DNA of 64,000 bases from Bacteroidota bacterium (GCA_029262775.1 JAJCYR010000005.1:3183-67182), one strand, 5' to 3'; shown: positions 35,301-45,172, counted from the first letter of the stretch. Numbers and translations: made by a program. The notes: generated by a model not told the origin, from the sequence alone.

Positions 35301-36913
35301 CGCTTGGTGTGGGTACGAACGTAGTCGTAACACCGAGCTACCCGGTCGGAGACCTCGAAATATATACGACCGCTCCCAAGTTCCACTGGTTCACGGCGAC
35401 AAAATTCGGCGGTCTTGATTACACGGTGCATTTCCTCGACCTGACGGATCCGCCGGTAGGCACGCCAGCCAGCTGTGCAGCGCTCAAGGCAGATCCAAAC
35501 GTTGTCAACATGCCTACGACGGATGTCCCGAGCATTCAGATTACGGGTCTGGAGCCGGGTCATGACTATGCATGGTGTGTAACGTCATCCAACGGCATCA
35601 CCCCCGATCTGGAGTCGCCCATTGCTACGTTCAGTGTGGCTGGCGGTAATGTCGATGCCATTCCGGTTGCAGCCTGGCCTGTCGGCAATCCGACGGCCTA
35701 TTCCCTGGAGCAACTCCTGACCTGGTACCTTGATGGTTCGGCCCTGGGAGTGATCGATTACGAGGTCCAGATCTGCGACGATGCGGCGTATACCGTAAAC
35801 TGCTCAACTACGGTTGGTCTTACCCAGACGCAGTACCTCGTCACAGGTCTGTCTTTCGGCGACCAGAAGTATTGGCGCGTCCGGGCCAACTATACGGGTG
35901 GCGGCCAGTCCGACTGGACGAACCCGCGCTCACAGGGGTCGTTCAACGTCACGGGTGTGTTGTCGACGCTCTCCGCAGAGCTGACGCACCCGGTTGGTGG
36001 CAAGCTGCTGGTCGAGCCGGAAGCGACGTTCAGTTGGTTTGTCAATGGCTCTTCCAACGTGCCGTTGACCTACCGCGTGCAGTACAGCTACACCGAGCTG
36101 TTCATTCAGATCGGGACGGTTACCATCACGACAACAACGACCAATACATTCCTGGATGTGGAGGACCTTCTTCCGGGTCATACCTACTGGTGGCATGTCC
36201 AGATCTCGAACGATGGTGGCGCCACGTTCGGCGCCTGGTCCCCGACCGCCACGTTCGTCGTGGCAGCGGGTGCTGTGGCCGTGCAGCCGCAGGTGGGTAG
36301 CCCATCGAACGGAGTTCGTTTGTCAACGTCCAGCCCGACGCTGAGTTGGATTCTACCAATTGCCCCCGGTGCTGAGCAGTCCTATGAGCTGACGCTGAGT
36401 ACGTCTCCCGACATGTCTGATCCGATCATTTATTCGGACATTCCTGAGCCATTCTTCAACCTCGAGGCATTGGTAGCGGGAACGTATTTCTGGCAGGTGC
36501 GCTCGTTCGGCAACGGAATCAGCTCTGCCCACTCCGGAGTCGGCGTGTTCTCTACGTCCGCCGTCAGTGTGGGCATTGAAAACGAGGGTGATGGCTCGCG
36601 CTCGGTCGATGACCCGGCTGACAAGGTGGTACCTGACGTATTCAGCCTGAAGCAGAACTATCCGAACCCTTTCAGTCCGTCTACGACCATCGAGTATGGG
36701 GTGGCGGAGACATCAGGTGTGACGCTCCGCATTTTCGACGTGTTGGGACGTGAAGTTCGGACGCTCGTGGACCAGACGGTCGCCCCTGGACAGCACTCCG
36801 TCCGGTGGGACGGCACGGATGTGAACGGTCGCCGCCTGCCGAGTGGACTCTACCTGTACCGCATGGAAGCGGGCTCGTTCAGCTACACGCGGAGCCTGGT
36901 CCTGATGCAATAG
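32399..36913 (+). CDS. Giant secreted T9SS cargo protein (GEVED-like N-domain, Ca-binding-like middle, 7 FN3-like repeats, T9SS CTD)
   Basis: Signal peptide MHSFLRLGAVALLTAVLAVSGVHAQ, then NGEIEDY. Seven ~100-aa modules (P..G....P.F.W ... Y.W.V) span roughly 34245-36560. The CTD is QNYPNPFSPSTTIEY...LYLYRMEAGSFSYTRSLVLMQ. Confidence 0.8.
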   Translation: MHSFLRLGAVALLTAVLAVSGVHAQDQGSVGTGQIGIDGIHFIGAAAPVTNNDPNAGTQEAGMNERATLMTGTDVYIEITVSQPGFLNIFGDHNNDSVFQTDGNPATANLAESSQHVLENYAVVAGFNLIEIDLATIAAGINPTLFRVIFSDVALTDPTEQGPDADYSLLNGEIEDYTATVIQQDVAATVFVEDGDTITISRSGSDFVATNYFRAPIGALDGGVTIDGTALDETYAFDFSGGMPIPTGGLNLLPGAGTDELSLLGTPAGRTWVGIEHDYATEEVVMTNDLAEVFTISFADLELLRDQLVSTNKLFTGTGLADQIFLDKGTVPVDGFSGFSITGNVLTSAYVDPTGLLQVDAGADNDVITLSDLDDQTPFTGSLIINGEAGDDELIVEWADGHVPNLTFNGGADSGGGDTIQLQNTGGPVPDEVNFVAVSANDGTIGIETGATVSTVTYTGLEPIIDLIPTASKTFTYPATDDNVTLDIGGGSAGRDLIFTSGPVTAESVEFVTTGLASITISGGLGDDVFGIQPSSVYDIFVDGENEPVADVINIDISSLLGPLTINLTETGTEDGIYTFSTLPGLSVTYAEMEQVGMRFSDPDAFPGATYPGDIMYPLNTESGISIEPYFNWDIDNWPGASPIQALTLNMSLNSDVSSPFYSRPVFTGDPGIVGDFLITDVDDTFDMANGIPIQNSTKYYWNLEADLGLGGIIFSDTREFTTIDALLPQLNHPRDRTIADVNSFDFAWDVGAVANNQVYWRLDVDVSTVAGFDGATPSVVGGDAENDDDTALVDGYTPETSFAASDLPLPIVFSSEYAWRVSSMWPIPPTGWVPQEIHDLDETDRMVSISDTVSFRTTDLLAAPTPSYPINGADVFVNDPVTSWFVGLPFNVLTFDVELFEDDGTGNPQGGVVCSGTGITGLTFDTGDGAFCPPNGGLSPGVGYVWRVRSDLNGVKSPWSGWEPFTTLGVGTNVVVTPSYPVGDLEIYTTAPKFHWFTATKFGGLDYTVHFLDLTDPPVGTPASCAALKADPNVVNMPTTDVPSIQITGLEPGHDYAWCVTSSNGITPDLESPIATFSVAGGNVDAIPVAAWPVGNPTAYSLEQLLTWYLDGSALGVIDYEVQICDDAAYTVNCSTTVGLTQTQYLVTGLSFGDQKYWRVRANYTGGGQSDWTNPRSQGSFNVTGVLSTLSAELTHPVGGKLLVEPEATFSWFVNGSSNVPLTYRVQYSYTELFIQIGTVTITTTTTNTFLDVEDLLPGHTYWWHVQISNDGGATFGAWSPTATFVVAAGAVAVQPQVGSPSNGVRLSTSSPTLSWILPIAPGAEQSYELTLSTSPDMSDPIIYSDIPEPFFNLEALVAGTYFWQVRSFGNGISSAHSGVGVFSTSAVSVGIENEGDGSRSVDDPADKVVPDVFSLKQNYPNPFSPSTTIEYGVAETSGVTLRIFDVLGREVRTLVDQTVAPGQHSVRWDGTDVNGRRLPSGLYLYRMEAGSFSYTRSLVLMQ

Positions 36914-36953
36914 AACGGAAGGGGCGGGGCGCCGTGAGGCGCCCCGCCCCTGT

Positions 36954-38141
36954 TCATATAACGCCGTGCTTTTTGCCAACGCGCACGAAGGCATTCACGC
37001 ACCGCTCGAGGTGTGCCATATCGTGGGCCGCCGAGACCTGCACGCGGATTCGCGCTTCGCCCTCAGGCACGACCGGGTAGCTGAACCCGATGACATAAAT
37101 CCCTTCCTGCAGCAGGTCCGACGCCATGTCCTGGGCCAGTCGCGCGTCGTAGAGCATGATGGGCACAATGGGGTGCACGCCCGGCCTGATATCGAACCCG
37201 GCCGTGGTCATCTGCTCGCGGAACCAGGATGTGTTTTCTTTCAGCGTGTCCCGAAGCGCCGTCGTTTCTGTCAGCATGTCGAGCACCTTCAGGCTCGTAT
37301 GCGCGATGACGGGTGCCAGCGAATTTGAGAACAGGTAGGGACGTGAGCGCTGCCGGAGCAGCTCAATGATTTCTTTGCGACCGGTCGTGAAACCACCCAT
37401 TGCGCCGCCGAGGGCCTTACCGAGCGTGCTCGTGATTATATCCACGCGGTCCAGTACGCCGCAGTGCTCGGCCGCTCCACGACCCGTCGGCCCGAAAAAG
37501 CCGGTCGCGTGGCATTCATCGACCATGACCATGGCGTCATAACGGTCGGCAAGGTCACAAATGGCATCGAGATGCGCCACGTCGCCGTCCATGCTGAAGA
37601 CCCCGTCCGTGACAATGATGCGCCGGTTGGCGTCGGCGCTCTCGCGCAGGCACCGCTCCAGATCGTGCATGTCATTGTGGGCATACCGGTAGCGGGCCGC
37701 CTTGCACAGACGCACGCCGTCTATGATGGAAGCGTGATTGAGCGCATCGGAAATAATGGCGCTGTCCTTATCCAGAATGGGTTCGAAGACGCCCCCGTTG
37801 GCGTCAAAGCAGGCTGCGTAGAGAATGGTGTCTTCCATTCCATGGAAGGCTGCAATGCGGCGCTCGAGCTCCTTGTGCACATCCTGCGTACCGCAAATGA
37901 AGCGGACAGACGACAATCCGAATCCGTACCGGGCAACACCTTCCTGGGCAGCCTGAATCAGGTCAGGGTGGTTGGAGAGGCCCAGATAATTGTTGGCGCA
38001 GAAGTTGAGTACGTCCTTGCCGCCGGCAACTGATATTTCGGCGGCCTGTTGCGAGGTGATAACGCGCTCTTCCTTATAGAGCCCGGCCTCCTTGATGTCA
38101 TCGAGAAGAGCCTGAAGTTGGGGGCGAACGGAATCGTACAT
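36954..38141 (-). CDS. kbl: Glycine C-acetyltransferase (2-amino-3-ketobutyrate CoA ligase)
   Basis: Alpha-oxoamine synthase pattern ([27 protein letters not shown]). Next to tdh. Confidence 0.9.
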   Translation of the reverse strand: MYDSVRPQLQALLDDIKEAGLYKEERVITSQQAAEISVAGGKDVLNFCANNYLGLSNHPDLIQAAQEGVARYGFGLSSVRFICGTQDVHKELERRIAAFHGMEDTILYAACFDANGGVFEPILDKDSAIISDALNHASIIDGVRLCKAARYRYAHNDMHDLERCLRESADANRRIIVTDGVFSMDGDVAHLDAICDLADRYDAMVMVDECHATGFFGPTGRGAAEHCGVLDRVDIITSTLGKALGGAMGGFTTGRKEIIELLRQRSRPYLFSNSLAPVIAHTSLKVLDMLTETTALRDTLKENTSWFREQMTTAGFDIRPGVHPIVPIMLYDARLAQDMASDLLQEGIYVIGFSYPVVPEGEARIRVQVSAAHDMAHLERCVNAFVRVGKKHGVI

Positions 38142-38220
38142 GTCGATGGTTGCTGTTTTTGTGCTTACGCTTACGTAAAATCGGGAAGTCCAAGAGTGCC
38201 ATAGAGGGTCCTCTACTTCT

Positions 38221-39189
38221 TCAACGGCGTTTCAGCCTTTCGAGAAGGGACGTATGGCCCAGACGACGAGCCACATTCATGAGCATGTCGAAGACCAAAC
38301 GGTCGAGGCCGTAGTCGGGCAGCCAGTCCCAGTCGTTGCGGGCCGAGCTGTCGTCAATGGACTGTGGCCATGAGTCGGCAATGTCCTGCCGGTAATCCGG
38401 GACGTATGTACACGTGAATCCCGGCATATACCGCGAAATGGCATCGGCAAGCTCGGCGGGCGTGAAACTGATGGCCGCCACGTTGTAGCTCGTTCGTACG
38501 GTGAGCCGATCGGCATCCGCGGCAAGTAGATCGAGAACAGACTTGACGGCATCGGGCATGTACATCATGGGCATGCGCGTATCGGGTCCCACGAAGCACC
38601 GATAGCTGCCTCTCGAGACCGCATCGAAAAACATGGCCACGGCCCAGTCGGTGGTACCTCCACCGGGAGGGGCAGCGTGACCCACTACGCCCGGAAACCT
38701 GACGCTGCGCACATCGACCCCGTACTGGGCGGCGTAGAACTGGGACAGCAGTTCGCCCGTTACCTTGGTCACGCCGTACATGGTTCGAGGCTCGGTAATC
38801 GTGTGTTGTGGCGTATCGGTACGCGGGGTCGTTGGCCCGAAAGATGCTATCGAAGACGGCCAGAACAGGGGGATCTGCCGCTGTCGGGCTGCATCAAGCA
38901 TGTGCTTGAGACCCGTTACATTGACCGACCAGCACAGATCGGGATATTGCTGCCCCGTTGCGGACAGTATGCCGGCCAGATGGATGATCTGCGTAAACTC
39001 ATGACGGTCCAGCAGTCGCTCCACGGCGCGCTCGTCGGTGACATCGAGTACCTCGAACGGAACAGGAGGTGGGTCTGCCTGGGGAGGACGCAGGTCCGTG
39101 GCCAGCAGACGGTCCGCGCCGTGCCGCGCCGAAAGCGTCTCTGTAAGGTCCACACCAATCTGGCCATTGGCACCGGTAATCAGAATCAT
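38221..39189 (-). CDS. tdh: L-threonine 3-dehydrogenase, SDR/epimerase-fold type
   Basis: [11 protein letters not shown] Rossmann motif, YGVTK catalytic motif, and operon context with kbl. Confidence 0.78.
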   Translation of the reverse strand: MILITGANGQIGVDLTETLSARHGADRLLATDLRPPQADPPPVPFEVLDVTDERAVERLLDRHEFTQIIHLAGILSATGQQYPDLCWSVNVTGLKHMLDAARQRQIPLFWPSSIASFGPTTPRTDTPQHTITEPRTMYGVTKVTGELLSQFYAAQYGVDVRSVRFPGVVGHAAPPGGGTTDWAVAMFFDAVSRGSYRCFVGPDTRMPMMYMPDAVKSVLDLLAADADRLTVRTSYNVAAISFTPAELADAISRYMPGFTCTYVPDYRQDIADSWPQSIDDSSARNDWDWLPDYGLDRLVFDMLMNVARRLGHTSLLERLKRR

Positions 39190-39373
39190 TGGGTCACACG
39201 GATTTGGACGGGAAGATCTTACGGCCTGTCAAGAGACCGTAAGACATCAAGATATACTGCATGGGCGATACGCTCTACGGATTGACTGAACGTTCACATG
39301 AATGTAGTTCCGGTGCACGATTTTTGGAACGATCTGTCTGCTTCTCCGTGTCAGTCCGTCGTCTACAAGCAAC

Positions 39374-40468
39374 ATGAAACCTATGAAACGCCTCCGCACT
39401 GCGCTCCTTCTCACCCTGCCGCTCCTGTTGGTCCCAGCCTGTGCTTTGACCGGTGCCAATCGCTCTGCGGCGACGGTCCAGGACTTCGTCTATGTGACCA
39501 ATCAGAGTAACGGAACCGTCACGGTGATCAATGCCAATACACTGGAAATCGAGGCGACTGTTGACCTCACGCAGCTCGGTTTTGACCAGAATACCAAGCC
39601 GCACCATGTGGCCGTGGAGCCTGATGGGTCGTTCTGGTACGTGACGCTCATAACCGGTGGCAAGGTGCTCAAGTTCAACGCGGACAATGACCTCGTGGGG
39701 CAGGCCGAATTTGAAGTGGCGGGGCTGTTGGCGCTCGACCCGTCGTCCAACAATCTGTTCGTGGGGCGGTCCATGGCGGCCGTCAACCCGCCGCAGCGCA
39801 TTGGTATGATTGACCGGACCAGCATGGAGATCGAAGAACTCGATGTGTTCATTCCGCGCCCGCACGCCATTGCCGTATCGAAGGATGGAAGAAAGGTTTA
39901 TGCCGGATCGCTCGCTGAAAACCGATTTACGACGGTGGATCTCGATTCGGGGGACCTCACCTTTACCGATGTCGACGACGGCGGCAACCTCCACCATATG
40001 TTCGTGGACTTCGCGATTTCGCCCGATGGGAAAACAATGATCACTGGGGGACAGATGTCCGGCAAGCTCATGTTTTTCGACGCTACGGCGAGTGCCGAAC
40101 TGCCCATGGAAAAAATGATCGACGTCAACGACCAGCCGTGGCATCCCGTATTCTCAGCCGACGGCAAGTATGCCTATTTTGCCAACAAAACGGCGAATTC
40201 CCTGACGGAAGTGGACATGAAGACACGCGAGGTATCGCGCGTCGTCGAGGGCGAGGGATTCAACCAGCCACACGGTGCGGCCATTTCTCCTGACGGGAGG
40301 TATGTGTTCGTGAGCAATAACAATCTTGACAACAGCCGCCCGAGTGCGACCAATCCGAATTCCTTCCCCGGTACGGTAACCGTCGTTGACCGCGCGTCAT
40401 TTGAAGTGGTGAAAGTCATCGAAGTCGGACCCTACGCCTCTGGCATTGCCACGCGTCAAAGTAACTGA
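39374..40468 (+). CDS. YncE/YVTN-type beta-propeller lipoprotein
   Basis: Lipobox LLVPAC. Repeated FVYVTNQSNGTVTVIN / VSPDGR-type blades. The antisense ORF 39275-40144 is rejected. Confidence 0.75.
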   Translation: MKPMKRLRTALLLTLPLLLVPACALTGANRSAATVQDFVYVTNQSNGTVTVINANTLEIEATVDLTQLGFDQNTKPHHVAVEPDGSFWYVTLITGGKVLKFNADNDLVGQAEFEVAGLLALDPSSNNLFVGRSMAAVNPPQRIGMIDRTSMEIEELDVFIPRPHAIAVSKDGRKVYAGSLAENRFTTVDLDSGDLTFTDVDDGGNLHHMFVDFAISPDGKTMITGGQMSGKLMFFDATASAELPMEKMIDVNDQPWHPVFSADGKYAYFANKTANSLTEVDMKTREVSRVVEGEGFNQPHGAAISPDGRYVFVSNNNLDNSRPSATNPNSFPGTVTVVDRASFEVVKVIEVGPYASGIATRQSN

Positions 40469-42315
40469 TGGCGCACATGAACCGAACTTTCTCAGCGATC
40501 ACGTTCGTTTTTGCCCTGGTTCTTGCAGGTTGCGGTTCGGCAGGGTCGTCGACCGCCCCAGATAGCGTGGGCGGCGGTTTTCCGCCGGTGTTTGAGCGGG
40601 ATGTTGCTCCGTTTTCGGTACGTGATGAAGAGGGCAAACCGTATGACATGCCTTTTCGGGGCGGGTTGAACGTGCCGCGTGCCCAGTTCACCGATATCGA
40701 TGCGGACGGCGACTTCGACCTGTTCATTCAGGAGTCGGCGGGCCAGATCATCCACTTCGAAAATACGGGAACGCCCACCGAGCCCGAATTCTCGTGGCGC
40801 TCGGATGAGTACCAGGGCCTGGACGTAGGGGAATGGTACCGCATGCTCGATATTGATGGCGATGGTGACACGGATATCCTGTCCGAGGAGCGGTTCAGTT
40901 ACGTCCGCTTATACCGAAACGAGGGGACACCGGAACGTGCGCAGTTCGAAGTGGCCATGGATTCACTGAGAGATGCGGACGGGACACCCATTTTTGCCGA
41001 TCGTCAAAACATTCCGCACATTATGGACCTGGATTGCGATGGGCATATGGACCTGTTCATTGGACGCGTGACAGGGACCATCACACGGTACGAATCGGTG
41101 GGCATGGGTGCCGACAACGTACCACGCTTCCGCTTCGTGGAAGACCGGTGGGAGGGCATCGAAATCGTGGGCGAGAACGTGTCGCTTCACGGTGCCAATA
41201 CCATGACCTTCGGCGACATTGATGGAGACGGTGACTCGGACCTGCTCTGGGGCGATTTCTTCGAGGCCGGATTACTGCTCGTCCGGAACCAGGGATCCTG
41301 TTCGGCGCCCTCGTTCCGGAGCGAACCGCAGAACTTTCCGCTCGGCGATCCGGTGACGACATCCGGCTACAATGCGCCGGTTCTGGTGGATATTGATGCG
41401 GACGGTGATCAGGACATTTTCATGGGCGTGCTCGGTGGTGCGTTCAACCCGAATGCATCGACCCGGGAAAACTTCTATTTCTTTGAGCAGACGGGTTCGG
41501 AATCGTTCGAGCTCCTCACAACGCGTGCAATTCGCGACATCGATTCGGGGAGTGAGAGTGTCGTACGGCTGGTGGACCTCGACGGGGACAGCGACCTGGA
41601 CATGCTCGTCAGCAATAAAATTGAGCCGGCAAATTCGCGTACATCCCTGATATTCCGATACGAGAACGTGGGGACCACGACCTCGCCGGAATTTCGGTTT
41701 CGTGGCACGGAGGACTGGGTCGAGACCTACCATCAGAATCCCACCTTCGGAGACTTGGACGGTGACGGGGATCTGGATGCCATGGTGGGTACCTGGAACC
41801 GCGACATCGCGCTCGTGACCAACTCGGGATCGGCGGGCTCCTTTGAACCGGAATTGATTGACGCCAAGGCAGTGCAGCTCACGCGGGGTCAGAATACCGC
41901 GCCTGTTCTGGTGGATCTGGATGCAGATGGGGATCTGGATATGGTCGCGGGTGAAGCATCGGGCGTGCTGAATTTCTGGCGCAATGTGGGCACGCCGACG
42001 CGGGCTGAGTTTGAGCTGGTGAGCGATTCCTGGCTGGACATCGACGTGGGCCGCCGCGCGTTTCCGACGTTCGTGGACCTCGACGGAGACGGGGACCAGG
42101 ATCTCGTGCTGGGGTCGGAACTGGAAGGGCTGCTGCTTTTTTTGAATACCGGAACGCCGGAAGTACCGAAATTTGAAGCATTCGGTCGGCTCAATGTGCC
42201 GGTTCAAGGACTGTCCGCACCAGAGTTCGCCGATATAGACGGCGATGGTGACATGGATCTCTTCGTTGGCGGTGTCTCGGGCGGCGTGCAGTTTTACTGG
42301 AATGGGATGCGTTAA
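40468..42315 (+). CDS. FG-GAP/VCBS repeat lipoprotein (integrin-alpha-like propeller)
   Basis: Lipobox LAGCGS. About ten D.D.DGD.D Ca-loop repeats (DIDADGDFDLF, DLDGDGDLDAMVG, and others). Overlaps the upstream stop by 1 nt (TGATG). Confidence 0.8.
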   Translation: MAHMNRTFSAITFVFALVLAGCGSAGSSTAPDSVGGGFPPVFERDVAPFSVRDEEGKPYDMPFRGGLNVPRAQFTDIDADGDFDLFIQESAGQIIHFENTGTPTEPEFSWRSDEYQGLDVGEWYRMLDIDGDGDTDILSEERFSYVRLYRNEGTPERAQFEVAMDSLRDADGTPIFADRQNIPHIMDLDCDGHMDLFIGRVTGTITRYESVGMGADNVPRFRFVEDRWEGIEIVGENVSLHGANTMTFGDIDGDGDSDLLWGDFFEAGLLLVRNQGSCSAPSFRSEPQNFPLGDPVTTSGYNAPVLVDIDADGDQDIFMGVLGGAFNPNASTRENFYFFEQTGSESFELLTTRAIRDIDSGSESVVRLVDLDGDSDLDMLVSNKIEPANSRTSLIFRYENVGTTTSPEFRFRGTEDWVETYHQNPTFGDLDGDGDLDAMVGTWNRDIALVTNSGSAGSFEPELIDAKAVQLTRGQNTAPVLVDLDADGDLDMVAGEASGVLNFWRNVGTPTRAEFELVSDSWLDIDVGRRAFPTFVDLDGDGDQDLVLGSELEGLLLFLNTGTPEVPKFEAFGRLNVPVQGLSAPEFADIDGDGDMDLFVGGVSGGVQFYWNGMR

Positions 42316-42326
42316 GAATAAGCCCT

Positions 42327-43115
42327 CTACCGTATCAGCACTTTGACCCAATCGTCGATCGGACCCTGAAAAAGGGGGCTCGGACCCGCCGCCCCGCGCC
42401 CGCCGAAGTCGCGCCCCACGGCGCCAAATCCACCCGAATTGCCACGCGCCCCGGGGAGCGTACTGCCTGCTTCCTCGTCCGTCGGCCGGGGCGCCTGCTC
42501 GGTGGCAAATCCCACCCGCAGCATACCTTCCATAGGCGTTGGGACGGCAAATTCATCGCTCCGGGCGGCTGAACGGGGAATGCGGAGTTCCATGGTGAAT
42601 GCGCCGAATTCAAAGCTGTAGGCCGCTTCCAGACCGGCCAGGGAGGCAAGCTGGCGCCGAATGGGTTTTCCCTCCTCGAAATACAGGTCTACCAGCGGCG
42701 CCGAGTCGCGCAGCAGGTCCATGCGTTCCTCCGTCTCGCGCGGCATCTCGGACTCGGACGTGGGCCCCCCTGGCGATGCATTCAGGATGCCGACCGGATA
42801 TCTCACGCCGAGGCTTTTCGTCTTTTCACCGGACGGATCGAACCAGATGGTGATGCCGCGAGCGGCAATCTGCTGCACGGTCGCGCGCTGCGTACTCAAG
42901 ACCCCGATGTAGTACCAGTCCTCGTCGTGTTTGACGCCCACGCGCAAACGCGTATCGGCGATCTCGACCGTATGGTCCATCCACTCGACCATGTCGGCGT
43001 CGGTACGGTGATCCCTTTCCGGCGCCGTGCTCGTAACAGAGCCACCGCCCGCACATCCCATGAACCCGATGGCCATGACGCTCACGGTAGCCATACCGAT
43101 GGCACCCGGCGGCAT
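42327..43115 (-). CDS. Hypothetical lipoprotein
   Basis: Lipobox FMGCAGG and coding-like composition. No family recognised. Start uncertain (43148, 43115 or 43094). Confidence 0.45.
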   Translation of the reverse strand: MPPGAIGMATVSVMAIGFMGCAGGGSVTSTAPERDHRTDADMVEWMDHTVEIADTRLRVGVKHDEDWYYIGVLSTQRATVQQIAARGITIWFDPSGEKTKSLGVRYPVGILNASPGGPTSESEMPRETEERMDLLRDSAPLVDLYFEEGKPIRRQLASLAGLEAAYSFEFGAFTMELRIPRSAARSDEFAVPTPMEGMLRVGFATEQAPRPTDEEAGSTLPGARGNSGGFGAVGRDFGGRGAAGPSPLFQGPIDDWVKVLIR

Positions 43116-43198
43116 AACACGGAAAGATCGATCCAGAAAAAGGTCCATAGCTGGTGCTGGATTTTTTATGTTGGAGATTCACCCACGCGCTGGTATAC

Positions 43199-45172
43199 AT
43201 GTCAAATAAAAAGTGGGTCCGTGTTCTGGACCATAACGAATTACCCGAGGGCCGTGTGACATCTGTCACCTGCGGACTGAAGACGCTCTGCCTTACGCAT
43301 CATGGCGGGAAGTATGGAGCGCTCGACAACCACTGCCCGCATCAGGGAGGGCCACTCGGGGAGGGCACGATCGAGAATGGTCTACTTCGATGTCCATGGC
43401 ACGGCTGGGATTACGATCCCATCAGCGGAAAGGCACCGGGCTATGACGACGGCGTGGAGACGTTCGAGATTGAGACGCGCGAGGACGGAATCTATGTCTG
43501 TGTACCGGAGGAGCCCGAGCACGCGCGGACGGTTTCCGATGTCATGATGGAAACCCTCGTGGCGTGGGGCGTGAAGCATGTCTGGGGCATGGTTGGACAT
43601 TCAAATCTGGGCCTCGCCGAGGCCGTGCGCCAACAGGAACGAGCCGGCAGACTGCACTATTACGGCATCAGGCATGAAGGCGCCGCCAGTTTTGCCGCTT
43701 CTGCGTATGGAAAGCTGACCGGACGCCCTGCGGCCTGTCTGGCTATTGCCGGACCGGGTGCAACCAATCTGCTCACGGGCCTGTGGGATGCGCACGTGGA
43801 CCGTTCGCCCGCGATCGCGCTGACGGGCCAGGTCGACACGCAGGTCCTGGGTCCGGGTGCCTTCCAGGAAGTAGACCTCAAGGGAGCATTCGGGAGTGTT
43901 GCCGTCTGGAGTCAGACGGTGCTTCCGGGCTCGCGCCACGCTGAACTTGCCACGCTCGCGGCCAAAAATGCCATCCTGGAGCGCGGCGTGAGCCATCTGA
44001 TATTTCCCGACGAAGTGCAGACCATCCCGGCGCCGGCTGAAGATGCGCCGGCATCCGGACCCGAGGGACGCCTGACAGACCGCCGCGTGCGGCCGGCCCG
44101 GGCAATGATTGAAGCGGCAGCAGAGCGCGTAGCCCGGGCCGCCCGTCCCGTGATCGTGGTGGGACACGGGGCTCGGTTCCACATGGAACAGGTGATTATG
44201 CTGGCCGAACGGCTCGAAGCGCCTGTTCTTACCACCTTCAAGGCAAAGGGACAGATTTCCGACCACCATCCGCTGGCGGCTGGCGTGCTGGGGCGCAGCG
44301 GGACGCCCGTGGCGAGTTGGGTGATGAACGAGAGTGATTTGCTCATCGTAGTCGGAGCCAGTTTTTCGAATCACACAGGTATTGCATCGAAGATCGATAC
44401 CATTCAGATCGATTTTGAACCGATGGCGCTGGGCCGTTTCCACGCCGTGTCGCTTCCTGTGCTCGGCGAAATCGGGGAGACGCTGACGGATTTGGCGGAG
44501 GTGCTCGGTAGGCACAGGCCAATGAAGGAACCGAACAAAGACCAGAAACGCGACCTTGCAGAGCGCCAAGCGCTCTGGCAGTCCGAAAAGATCCGCCGGC
44601 GATTGGATGACCAGTCAAAGGGATTGTCGTCAGCGTATGTATTCGATGTGCTCTCGCGTCTCGTACCGGAAGATGCCATTATTCCGGTCGATGTGGGTAA
44701 CAACACGTACTCGTTCGGCCGTTATTTCGAGTGTCGCAGGCAGACGGTGCTCATGTCCGGCTACCTCGGGTCCATCGGGTTCGCGCTTCCGGCCGCCATG
44801 GGCGCGTGGGCAGCGACGCAGGAAGAAGGAACGCCGTTTGAGGGGCGGAAGGTCGTGTCCATCTCGGGCGATGGCGGGTTCGGGCAGTACATGGGAGAGC
44901 TCACGACGCTCGTCAAGTACGGAATGAACATCACGCATATCCTGCTCAACAACAGCGAACTCGGCAAAATCTCAAAGGAGCAGCGTTCGGGCGAATGGGC
45001 CGTATGGGAGACGGACCTTGTGAACCCGTCATTTGCCAAATATGCACATCTGTGTGGCGCGATGGGCATTCGCGTCAGTGCGCCCGACGCGCTCAAAAAG
45101 GCCGTAAAGGCCGCACTCCAGCACGAGGGGCCGTCACTTGTCGAGATCCGGACCAACGCGCTGCTCGTCTGA
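43199..45172 (+). CDS. Rieske [2Fe-2S] domain fused to a PoxB/acetolactate-synthase-family TPP enzyme
   Basis: Rieske ligands CPHQGGPL and CPWHGWDY in residues ~45-90. These are followed by a TPP Pyr domain (GPGATNLLTGL), a middle domain and the TPP-binding motif ISGDGGFGQYMGELTTLVKYGMNITHILLNNSELG. Confidence 0.8.
   Translation: MSNKKWVRVLDHNELPEGRVTSVTCGLKTLCLTHHGGKYGALDNHCPHQGGPLGEGTIENGLLRCPWHGWDYDPISGKAPGYDDGVETFEIETREDGIYVCVPEEPEHARTVSDVMMETLVAWGVKHVWGMVGHSNLGLAEAVRQQERAGRLHYYGIRHEGAASFAASAYGKLTGRPAACLAIAGPGATNLLTGLWDAHVDRSPAIALTGQVDTQVLGPGAFQEVDLKGAFGSVAVWSQTVLPGSRHAELATLAAKNAILERGVSHLIFPDEVQTIPAPAEDAPASGPEGRLTDRRVRPARAMIEAAAERVARAARPVIVVGHGARFHMEQVIMLAERLEAPVLTTFKAKGQISDHHPLAAGVLGRSGTPVASWVMNESDLLIVVGASFSNHTGIASKIDTIQIDFEPMALGRFHAVSLPVLGEIGETLTDLAEVLGRHRPMKEPNKDQKRDLAERQALWQSEKIRRRLDDQSKGLSSAYVFDVLSRLVPEDAIIPVDVGNNTYSFGRYFECRRQTVLMSGYLGSIGFALPAAMGAWAATQEEGTPFEGRKVVSISGDGGFGQYMGELTTLVKYGMNITHILLNNSELGKISKEQRSGEWAVWETDLVNPSFAKYAHLCGAMGIRVSAPDALKKAVKAALQHEGPSLVEIRTNALLV

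Noticed and set aside
39275-40144. 289-aa minus-strand ORF, and 41272-42351 (359 aa), 43601-44569 (322 aa), 7201-8199 (332 aa)
   Set aside because: Each is antisense to a gene with clear family motifs: the YVTN propeller, the FG-GAP protein, the Rieske-TPP enzyme and fliA. All are His/Arg/Gly/Val-rich mirror-frame artefacts.
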